Shown: positions 53,493-64,000 of the stretch, piece after piece
Numbering within the stretch: position 1 is the stretch's first letter
Layout: the number at the start of each line of letters is the position of its first letter
Source of the DNA: Cycas panzhihuaensis
Taxonomy: Eukaryota > Plantae > Cycadophyta
Direction: 5' to 3'
Assembly: GCA_023213395.1 (NCBI GenBank)
Contig: CM041465.1
Span: forward strand, 189,851,741-189,915,740
Length of the DNA: 64,000 nt
The notes under the pieces: generated by a model
The model's input: the letters and a program-made list of their open reading frames with translations, nothing else
Told to the model about the DNA's origin: nothing
Database searches by the model: none
Position numbers and translations under genes: made by a program

Positions 53493-56400
53493 ATGGAGGG
53501 TTATCCTTCTAATTGGGTGAATGACCCTTGGGCTTCAGATTGGTCTTATCCCAAGGCCCTTTCCTCTTAACACAATCTCGTCCAAGTTAGAAGAGATCCC
53601 ATGTATTATTATACTAAGTTGGTTGAAGGTTACTAAGACCCTCAACCACTCCCTATGCATGTCATAGGGAGCTTTTAATCTAGGGACCCTGTCTCATACC
53701 CTGAGGGGGTCCCCCCAGCCTATCCATCCCATTCTAGTTGCCAAGGAGAAGTTTTTACCTTCTATGACCAATCTTATGCTTCTTATAGGGAGGTGGTTGA
53801 TGCCCTAAAGGAATACTTTGAAGTTGTAACCATGCAACCGTCCCCAAGTGGTTGCAATAGTTCCTCCAAACTTTGGCACTCCTATCTTCTATCAACCCCC
53901 CTTTATCTCTTCCTTTTGTTTCCTCTACCCTTCAGGAAACATGTCAATGGAGCATGTTCCCACATGTGTTTCTCTAAGGTAACTTATTACTTTGAGTAAA
54001 CAAATCCCTCAAGTAGGAGTAAGTATGCCTTTGCTTCCAACCAACATTTCCTAACCTATTACTATGACAACTCCTTATTTTCCTTCAACTGTATACCTTC
54101 CACTACATCATGTAGGACAAGGAGACATAACTTTCATCTATTTATGGTCACAAACCATGGATACTTCACTATATGTTCTCCCAGGGTACATATCTCAACC
54201 CTGGGGGCATGGGAGGTCAAATCCCCTCCCTATATATGGAGTTGATCTCCTACATCATTATAGGGTTGCCTCTCCCCTTGGGGGTCCATATGGGTAAAAC
54301 CTTGTTCCTCATCCTCCATTATGTCAACCTCATTCTATGTCTTACAGAGGCTCTTCCTCGTACATCTATCCATCCGCTCCTAGGGGAGAATGTTCTTAAC
54401 CTTTACCCTCTTATGTGGCATGTCCCTGAGATGTGGCGAGACCCCCTTGCCCACCTCCTTATCTAGTGTTTCCCTAATTTGGGGTTGTACACTCTTGTCC
54501 ATTAGGAGGGATATCCTATTCTCTTACTTCTTATGCCCATTATCAATAAGGGCATCACCATTATGATGCCACCTATTATTTGCCACATGCTAGGGGTGGG
54601 CATCCCTATGCCACATCCTATTATACCTAGGTTGACATATTAGTCTAACTAGGGACTCATATTTTTATTGATTACTAGCCAACCCCATTGTCAATTGAGG
54701 TGTTAAGGACCAACTTGCCACCTCATCCTCCTGAGGTGCTTAAGTTTAATGGCACCTCCTCTCATGACCTAAACAAGCACGCAGGCAATATGCCATGGTA
54801 TGCATTAATTATTGGGCCTATGGTTATATCTTGATAAAACTATTTCCTAGATCCTTCTAGGGAGATGCCCTTAAGAGGTTTTATAGTCTTCCTACCTACT
54901 CTATTATAACTTTTCAATAGCTAGTTGATGAATTATCAACTACTTTGATGTTGCCCAACCTTTTAAGAGTGAGATTAAAGCCCTACCCTTACTTAAATAA
55001 GGTCATGAGGAGTTAAATTGTAACTTCATGCAGTAGTTCCATGATCTCCTTCATTCTTCTAAGGCCATACTATCGAAAGAATTGAAGCGAGATCTCTTTG
55101 TCAATGTGTTGCACCTTGAGGTACATGCTGAGTTCCTAAAGATTAGAGAGACCTCTTACAATTTTACCATAGCTAAATGCTTAATGTTATAAGCCATTGA
55201 GATCTAAGTTGATCTAAAAAAGCTTCCCAAGTATTCACAATGTCACAAGACACCCCCTCCCTCATGCGACCGAAAGGAAAAACAACCAACTTTTAAGCCT
55301 CTTATCGGTACAATCAACAAGACCCTCATCTATTATTCTCTCCTTTGAGGGAATGATTAAGGATCTCAAGTTGCAACCAACTCAAACCTCTCCTGAATCT
55401 CAACATATAATGCACTAAACCTCCAAAACTTCCTCATCTATAAATGCCAACACTACTTCATAAAAGAAGAGGGCATAATCCCCTCATAGAAATAAGTAGT
55501 GTTCTATCCATTGGGAGTGCTTTCATGATGATTCATGCTATTGGAAGTAACATCCTAAACTTGCCACATCTTGTGAGCATCCTTCATAAGAAGCCTCTAA
55601 GCCAAACTTAGAGCAACGTGTCCATTGTGATCTATTCCCCAACCATGAGGAATGTGATCATTCTCCCCAAGGTAGGAGAGCGAGGAATAAGAGGTAAACT
55701 TTGGTGAACTCCCCCTATTTCCTCAGATCAGATGAAGGGAAAGGCTCCAATTGATCCCTCTCCTCTTACCAACCCTACTGCTCAATATCCCTCCTCTTCT
55801 CATTCTAAAAACAAGGAGAGGAAGGTTATTCAACTACTTGAGAGTACCCCCATATGCCTAGTCATATGATCTCAAGCCTCTATAGAGGTTGGTAAAACCT
55901 CCACATCTCACCAATAACTCCCTATAGATTCCCTCCCAATGGAGATCCTTGTAGTTACAAGAACCATTACCATGCACCTTGGGTGATACAGTTTTAGGAG
56001 GGCCCTTCCCTAGCCCATAGGAAAGGGAAAGACCTTCTCAATTATTAAAGAGTTACAATCAATTTTTGTGGAAATGTCCATGATGGATATCTTGTGGAGT
56101 TGTCTTAAGAAACGTACTATTCTTTTAGAGGCTCTTAGTCATAGAGATTCCTCCATCCACACTATAAACAACCTCTCTTGGACCTCCTACCATCTCATTT
56201 GACCCTCGAGACCTCCCATCCCCTAGTGAATGGGAACATTATTAGTACTACCTATTCACCATTACCATTGATACCCTCAACTTTACATTGAAGAGGACCA
56301 TTGTAGATAATGGTTCCTCAGTCAATGCTATGCCTGTGTGAATGATAGAAAAGTTAGGCATAGAGGCTCTTGATCCTGTTCATTGGAAATGCTAGGCGTA

Positions 56401-57702
56401 TGACGGGAATGAGAATTCCCCCTTGGGGATGGTGACCCTCCTTCTCATCTTAGAAGGGAAGATCGTGCAAGCAAACATAGTTATTATTGACATCAACATC
56501 AATTACAACCTTCTATTAGGACATCCATGACTCAATCAAATAGAAGTTATTTGCTCCTCATAATGGAGGTAACTTAAATTTGTCCATAAAGGATAAGTTA
56601 AGGTTGTCACTCACGACCTTCCTCCCTCTTGTGTTTCTCCTTCTACTTTTTAAGTTATCTTTAATGCTAGATATAGTAATCCTGATGAGCCTCCTCCCTC
56701 TTTAGGGAACTATTTTAAGGGGTCTAATCCCTATCAAGATGAGCTTCTATTTCAACTTGAACCTAATCTAGTAGGTTTGCCCATATTGGCATAGATAGAT
56801 ATGGCTACCTAGCCATTATGAGTGACCTTGAGTTAGATATCAAGGGCTATGAGCCCCCTCCATGATGTGTCATACTTTCCTATACACCTAAGGAAGTACC
56901 CCATGATAGTCCTTCCTTTAATTTTGGTCCTCCTCTAAGGACCCTTGGCCATCTTCTCAGACCATTGGGTTTAAGCTAACCCTCACCTTCGCATCCTACT
57001 CGAGTCGCCATATGGAGGCATACCTACCAGTGTATCACTCATATACATGCCACTTCCATATGGTTTGGGTCGTCATTGGGTGTCAAGGCCTACCTGATTC
57101 GAACATTGCCACCTCACGGCGAGGTCTAATGCATGCCAGGTCCCTCACATCCCATTACCCTATAATTTGGTTCCAACCTAGTCCCTTCTACTCGTAATTT
57201 TGATTATGAATCAGAGCCACCATCACCCTATGATAGGCCTTCTTTTTATGATGCTTCCTTATTCACCCCTACCCATAGCTTGGATGGCAAGCCATTAACT
57301 ATCCATACCAATGGGGATAACGATGGGAACCCAGGGTCATCTATTAATACCTAGCTTATTTGGGATCACCATGGGCATACCCTCATGCAATCCATAATTT
57401 CTTTGCCTAAGGCCACTAATAATAAAGCATAATATATCATTGATATAAAATTGTTGATAGATGTACTTTATTTCTATTGTGGCCCCATCACCTTGTGTTA
57501 TGACTTTGAGATAGTTATATCTCAGCTTACATAGGTTTATAGTATTCATTCCCCACTTTTGAGCTTCTTAGCTATAACGACTAGGGCCCTTTTGTCTAAG
57601 TTCACTTCCGTGGATGTTCTTTACAATCCACACAAACTTAACACCGAAGTCGATGGCTTAGTCAATTTTATCTTGGAACATCGCTTGCCATTTAGTAAAT
57701 GA
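53493..57702 (+). pseudogene. gag-protease-aRNase H polyprotein remnant
   Basis: gag IKLFPRSF*GDALKRFYSLP (~54830-54895); CSIHWECFHDD knuckle (~55500); protease IVDNGSSVN (~56300) and YNLLLG; aRH TIHTNG..GNPG, TNNKA*Y, DFEIVISQL, NTEVDGLVN (57298-57702). Confidence 0.8.
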
Positions 57703-58620
57703 CTTTCTGTTGGTCCAACAGGCTACCTATTGAGGCTCACCTCTATAGGGGTAATTCTCCCTTGCCTTGCCTTTAAGGGGCATTCACTGATGAGATAAAA
57801 ATATGGTAATAACCCCTAAATTTATATAACCCTTATTTTGGAAGCTACATTATGCTGTCGATGCTTTGTCATTGCTCCAAAATGAGCTTAAACTCCCCAT
57901 TATAATGCTTAATCCCCACCACGTGATATCATTTCGTGTGGGTCATATGTGGGCTTAATATATGAGCCAAGGTACCATACATTGAGTCAAATAAAATGTC
58001 ATATATAAGCAAAATAATAAATACATATGCAACATACAAATAATAGAATGGACATCCTTCTAAATCTATAATTGTGAGGTACCAATTGGTCCTCATGTCT
58101 GTATGCATGTGTGCAAAAATGGTGTTTATATATAGTATCAATGCAATACACTCTAGGAAGTTGGGATCCTTACAAGGGTGTACAACCACTTATCGAGATA
58201 TGCACAACATATATACCCTTGGAGGTCCAAGCTTTCTTAATCAAAATCTAATGGTATAGAAGAAATATATTTTATATCTCTTATGCCATTATGAAGTGTT
58301 ATCTTTTGGCTATTCTCTCCTCTCCTTTAGAGTCTATGTATCTCTGTAGCTCCTCCTTAGTTACTAAGGTGCTCCTGTCTCTCTTCCCTCATCCTGTAGA
58401 TGACTCACATCTCTCAATCTTCATTGTTGGGTAATTGTATAGGTCCTTGATGACCTCACAACTATCTACTCTACTAGTTGGTCATACCTCTATTGCAGGT
58501 GGTCCCTCTCCCCCTGGACCTCCTAAAGTCACCCCTAGAGTAGGGTGATCTATACATCTATACCTAGAGTTACCTATTTAGGAGTTGGCCCTACTATCGA
58601 CTCGCCTCCTCTATATTAAG

Positions 58621-58622
<2 letters not shown>

Positions 58623-58657
<35 letters not shown>
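58623..58657. repeat. (CT)n microsatellite
   Basis: Direct reading. Confidence 0.95.
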
Positions 58658-58662
<5 letters not shown>

Positions 58663-58999
58663 GTCTACACCTGCTCATGACCTGTCAGGGCCCTATCCTA
58701 CCCTAATCAAAGCTCTTGGACCTTTACGACCTACATCTCCCTCACCCTGAGGAGTGAGACAAATGCTGCTATATGTGGGCATGATAACTCTAGCTCCCCA
58801 TGGTCCCCTATAAGTGGTTGAACCTCTACATATACCATTAGGAATAGCTCGACCATGACTCTCCTAACAATCTCCTTTATGAGGCCCTCTCTTGCCAATC
58901 AAGCACATCCATATATTAGTAAGAAGTCAACTATATAATTAAATGACAAAAACAGAGTACTAAAATGGACTATAGAAAGAGCAAAAGGAAAAGGAAAAG

Positions 59000-60027
59000 G
59001 TAATACCTCTTAGAGTGGCCTTCTTCCATGGTGGTACAACCTCTTAGATTGCCTCCTTGCTAAATATATACTCTTCTTTGATAGCTTCACCTTCCTCCTC
59101 ATTTGCTCCAGTAGCCTCATCACCCTCTCTAGCCTCCTTGCTAGCCTCTTCCACTAGCCCTGTTATGACTCCTACATCCTCCTCATCACTATCTGAGTGA
59201 GTGCTCTAACAAGGGTGTCTCATGTAGTCATCAAGGGTCATTAGGTCTAGGGAATTAACATCTATAGATTGCCTCACCTACTCTAGTTCCTCTACACTCA
59301 TAAAGTAAGGTGGGCCACTTATAGATGAGCAACCCATTAGGCACCATTGGCTGTGACACCACCTCAGGTCCTACTTTACACAAGTGATCGAAGAATCAAC
59401 ACTTTAATACCGAGTAATACGAAAATTTTCCATGTCCTACTACCTAGATCTAATCAAGATGGGCCCTCATGTTAGCAATGATGAGGATAGCCTAATCTAG
59501 CTTTTCCCCCTCCTTGCAATGGTAGATGCCCCCCATCCAACCTCTTAGCACCTTGTGATAATTCTGTTTCCAAGATATCTAGAACATAATGACAAGCATG
59601 CGAGCATGATCATATTTCTCTAGCGAGGGATATGTGATGCCAAAATCCTCCTAATGGCTCCCCTCCAATGGTCCTAATATCCTCTGCCATAGAAGAAATA
59701 TGTGGCAGCCTGGTGAGCCTTATCTATGTTGGGTAGAATCCCTAGATTAGGTAGTGCTCCTTATGTAGGTACTCCTAGGGTCCTCATGATATCACTAGGC
59801 ATGTTAGACAGATCTCCAATCATAGGTAAGTAGAAGACCTGCCTCTATCTACCCTAGTATATGATGATGTTCACTAGTAAAGCCTAGTCTGATGCATACT
59901 ACCATGACATCACTATCCATAGTAGTTCACATCTCCTCAGTATCTCTTAATATCGAGAGGTCATCATCTCTACTAACCTGAGCATGGGCGCTCATATGTT
60001 TTTGTAGTTGTCTATCGTGATCACAGC
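59000..60027 (-). pseudogene. Aminotransferase-like plant mobile domain (PMD) ORF remnant, antisense to element E
   Basis: D*ALLVNIIIY*...FYLPMIGDLSNMPSDIMRTLGVP.G and, after a frameshift, D*AILIIANM..HLD...SVLKC*FFDHL..P, then an acidic tail. Bounded by plausible splice sites (TTTTAG| near 60028; |GTATT near 59005). Confidence 0.7.
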
Positions 60028-60272
60028 CTAAAACCATCAATCATTCTATGTATTAATTATCAACATAGTAATAGAAAATATCTTTAAAGATAAAATAGTA
60101 AATTACTAATTTTCATATGAAACTAACCTAAGTTTTGACTCTCTGTTTTTGTATCACATGAAAAACTACTCTGTATTATAGTAATATTTATAGTACTATA
60201 GATTATCATGTGGTATGACCTACAATGCCATCCATGATACCATAATAATATTTATGGTACTATAGATAAAAT

Positions 60273-60489
60273 TGTTGAGATATAATGTTTTATCTAGGAA
60301 AGAAAAGGGGGTCATGTTAGACCCACCCTTAATGTACTCATAAGATCATGCCACTTGGCAGTATCCAAGTGATCGGTTACATTAGTAGTTATAACCATCA
60401 CATCACTGTTGTATATTTAAGCAGATTAAATCTCAATAGAAATCAAGTACATTCTTTTCTCTGTTTAAATTTTGCTCTGATTTTCAACA
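60273..60489 (+). repeat. 5' LTR of copia F
   Basis: 6-bp terminal inverted repeats; directly followed by the PBS. Confidence 0.88.
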
Positions 60490-61139
60490 TGGTATCAGAG
60501 CAGGCCTGTTTAATCTGATTCCTCTTCTGGTGAAGTTCCTCTGTCAAGACATCTCAGTCAAGAGTGCAAAAAGGAGACAAAGCAATAGGTAGTTTTTTGC
60601 AAGTCAAAGATCATACATTTCTTGATTTCTTGATTATGCAGGCAAATGCGGCATAAACGTCTGACGTAAAATTTTCAAAGTGCTCAGATCAAAGCCAAAT
60701 TTTGTGGGGAGATAGATCAGAGGATGTTGAACATATTTCTCTTCTCGAGTGAGTTCGTCTGAGACCGTTTTGCAGGCCAAAACACCCTCGAACCAGTCCA
60801 CACGGGATTGAGGAGATTTTCTCAGAAATTTCATCGATCTGCTCTCAATATCGGGTAATCTCTGTCCTAAACCCTTCTTAGTGATAGTACATGAAGATTC
60901 CAAGCCGATTCAAAGGATTTATTTCAGTATTTTCACAAATTTTTTCTCAAATCCGATTGCTGCCCTAGCCGTCATTTTTCATTCTAAGTCAGATTTCTCT
61001 CTTTTGAGAAATTTTTTTCAAAAACCGTCTTCAGTTTTGGAACGGCACCTAAGAAACCTTCGATTTGAGGTACACTTGTATTTTGGTCGTACACCTAGGG
61101 TTTCGTACGAAATTCCGTACAGCCGAAATTCCGGTTTTC

Positions 61140-64000
61140 TTGAGTGTTAGAGGCATAATATCTGAACAAGATCTTGTGGAAATTGTAACAGCAAGGCTGG
61201 CAAAGTCATTTGATATAATTGTCAACACTATCACCGACAGTGATAGGTTAGACAAATTAACTCTTGATGAATTGGCAGGTTTGTTGCTAAGACAGGAACA
61301 AAGAAACAAAAGATACAAAAACACAACAGAATTGGAGGATGCATTTGCATCCAGACTGAATCTCGAGCCAAGAGGAAGATAACAATTTCAAGGACCAAGC
61401 GAGCGTCGATTCGGAGGGCGAGGATCTTTGGTCAAACACCAGAGGATGAGGACGCGGCAGAGAAAATAGAATATGCTACAACTGTGGAAGAACTAGACAT
61501 TTCGCCAGCAATTGTAGAATCTTTGACATATGCTGCTACTGCGGACAAAGTGGACATTATCCTTATCAGTGGCCACAAAGACGAAGTGAAATTTATAAAG
61601 GAAAATGACCTATTAGCGGATACAGCAAAGAAAATGATGAAGAAGAAGAAGAAGAAGAGGAGACGCCCTTCATCACAGCATTGGTTACCAGAATGAAAGA
61701 TAAAGACATATGGTACATAGATTCTGGAGCCTCTAAACATATGACAAGTCGGGAAGAATGGTTCCAAACCATGAATCCATACAATATGGACAAGTCGGTG
61801 AAATTTGGGTGACAAGTATTCCCTTAATATAAAGGGAGTGGAACCATTTCGATGAACACGAATGGAAATGAAAAAAGAATTGGAAATGTTCTATTTGTAC
61901 CAGATCTAGAAATGAATCTCCTCTCTGTCTCTCAACTGAGCAAAAAGGGTCTGAGAACCATTTTTGATGAAGAAGGGAATTGCCACATTTTGGATATGAA
62001 AAAAGATGGAAAAATTGTTGGAAAAGGAGTCAGATGCAATGATCTTTACAAACTCCTGTCAGATCCTGTACTTCCTTATCTAGAAGAAAAAACTTATACT
62101 ACTCTTAAATCTAATAATAAAGTATGGCATTTAAGGTATGGACATCTCTCAATTGATACACTTAAACAAATGGAAAAGTCAGAAATGGTAAATGGTTTAC
62201 CTAATATTTCATCAGATACATTTGTTTATAAAGGTTGTCAACTTGGGAAACATCACAGACTTCCATTTAAAGAAAGCACTTAGGAAGCTCATTCTAAATT
62301 AGAATTGATACACACAGACATCTGTGGTCCAATTTCACCTCTGACAATTAATGGATGCAGATACTTCTTAACTTTCATTGATGACTTCACCCGGAAGGTT
62401 TGGGTATATTTCTTACATAATAAGTCAGAAGTTTTTGAAACATTTAAAGAATTTAAGGCAGAAGTAGAGTTAGAATCAGGAATGAAGATCAAATGCATCA
62501 GATCAGATGGAGGAGGAGAATATATGTCAAAAGAGTTTCTAAATTACTGCAAAGACAGAGGGATTCGTAGACAAGTTACAACTCCTTATACTCCTCAGTC
62601 AAATGGAGTAGCTGAAAGAAAGAATAGAACTCTGATGGAAATGGCTCGAAGCATGATGTATGGAGCAAAAATATCTAAGACATATTGGGCAGAAGCAGTT
62701 AGCACAGCATGCTATCTAATAAACAGAAGTCCAACCAGAGCATTGAAGAACATCACTCCTGAAGAAGCTTGGACAGGACAAAAACCCAATGTAAGTTTTC
62801 TCAAAGTGTTTGGCAGTTAAGCATTTGTGCTTATTCCTGATAAAAGGAGGTCTAAATTAGATGCAAAAAGCATAGAATGTGTCTTAATAGGATACAGTAA
62901 AAATTCGAAGGCATATAAATGCATAGATCCAAGAACAAATAAAATCTATGTGAGTAGAGATGTTGTCTTTAACGAAGAAAACTCAGTTGAATCTTCACAA
63001 ATTAAAGTAATAGAAAATGAAAAAGAACAGGAAACTGCCAGACACAAAGTAATGCAAGAAGATGAGCCAGAAAATAAGTCAGAAGTTACATCAGAAGACC
63101 AAGAAACTGAAAAAGGAAATGATTCAGAAATTACTTTAGAAGAAGGACAAGCTGATTCATCGTCGTAAATCAGTCAAGGAGACACCATCAAAAAAGAAGG
63201 TCCACAGAAATAGAAAAAGTTGCCAAAATGGTATATCAAAACAGTTGAAGAAGGAAATATATTAGAACAGAAAACCCAGGGACAAAGGTCAAGGGCCCTT
63301 CTAAGCAAAGTTGAACCACAGAATTTTGAAGAAGCAAAAGATCATCAAGAATGGAGAGAAGTAATGGACAATGAAATAAATTCAATCAAGAAAAATCAAA
63401 CATGGGAATTAGTAGAACTACCTACTAATAAATCCACTGTAAACTACAAATGGGTTTATAAAACAAAGAAAGGAGTAGATGGTAAAATTGAGAAACATAA
63501 GGCAAGGTTAGTTGCAAAGGGATACACCCAAACAGCAGGTGTAGATTTTGATGAGACCTTTTCTCCAGTAGCAAAGATGAACACAGTAAGGATAGTAATA
63601 GCCTTGGCTACTGCCCAAAGTTGGGGAATCTCTCAGATGGATGTAAAGAGTGCCTTCTTAAATGGTGAACTAGAAGAAGAAGTCTATATGCAACAACCAG
63701 AAGGATATGTTGAACAGGGACAGGAGAATCTAGTCTGCAAATTGAAAAAGGCCTTGTATGGTCTAAAACAAGCGCCACGTGCCTGGTATACAAAATTACA
63801 TCATTTTCTTGAAGAAAATAACTTTATTCGATTAACTCGGACTCCGATCAGACATAAGAAAAATGAACAACAAGATAATAATAATTGTTGTCTATGTAGA
63901 TGATATGCTCCTTATTGGGAATGATGTAGAAGGAATTAAGTGGATCAAAAGTCAACTTTAGCAGAAATTTGAAATGACAGACTTGGGTTCACTAAATTAT
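61140..64000 (+). pseudogene. copia F gag-pol remnant (gag N-terminus missing)
   Basis: gag C-half ISEQDLVEIV...LTLDELAGLL; zinc knuckles; protease WYIDSGASKHMT; integrase HTDICGP, RSDGGGEY, PQSNGVAERKNR; RT KARLVAKGY. A few stops and frameshifts. Confidence 0.93.

Larger units (their letters stand above)
50109..60272 (+). mobile_element. Decayed non-autonomous Tat-like gypsy E (long 5' LTR, gag-PR-aRH, antisense PMD), interrupted by copia F
   Basis: tRNA-Arg-like PBS at 53231; gag, CHHC knuckle, DNGSS protease and archaeal-type RNase H; antisense PMD. Left boundary uncertain (TGTAGACACC at 50109 is one candidate); 3' LTR not seen. Confidence 0.7.
60273..64000 (+). mobile_element. Ty1/copia F, 5' part (runs off window)
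   Basis: 217-bp LTR TGTTGA...TCAACA (60273-60489); perfect PBS TGGTATCAGAGC at 60490-60501; gag-PR-INT-RT. Confidence 0.95.

Overview
Plant nuclear DNA, AT-rich and strongly CpG/CHG-depleted, almost entirely stacked LTR retrotransposons around one intact gene. The gene is a two-exon LEA_2/NDR1-HIN1-like gene (43680-44240 + 44376-44462, ~215 aa) in a ~2 kb island that keeps its CpGs. Elements resolved by LTR pairs, PBS, PPT and (where visible) TSD: (A) a Ty1/copia on the - strand, 6496-15141, TSD AAGGG, with a ~3.7 kb 5' leader; (B) a decayed Ty3/gypsy chromovirus on the - strand, 15931-34016; (C) inside B, a pol-less gag-fragment-only copia relative of A on the - strand, 22163-33525, TSD TACTA; (D) inside C, a + strand copia, 24215-30566; (E) a decayed Tat-like element, ~50.1-60.3 kb, encoding gag-protease-aRNase H with no RT or integrase, plus an antisense plant-mobile-domain (PMD) ORF; (F) a + strand copia from 60273 that runs off the window. 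A and B appear to sit in an older Tat-like remnant. Most notable: the architecture of E; a ~340-nt G-U-rich fold-back just after the gene's stop codon; a fixed-spacing bipartite motif (AAAWYKGAY-N11-AAGTTAT) shared by unrelated elements; near-equal ~3.7 kb leaders in A and C; and a nested element whose LTRs are more diverged than its host's. All translations, alignments and identities were done by eye and are approximate.
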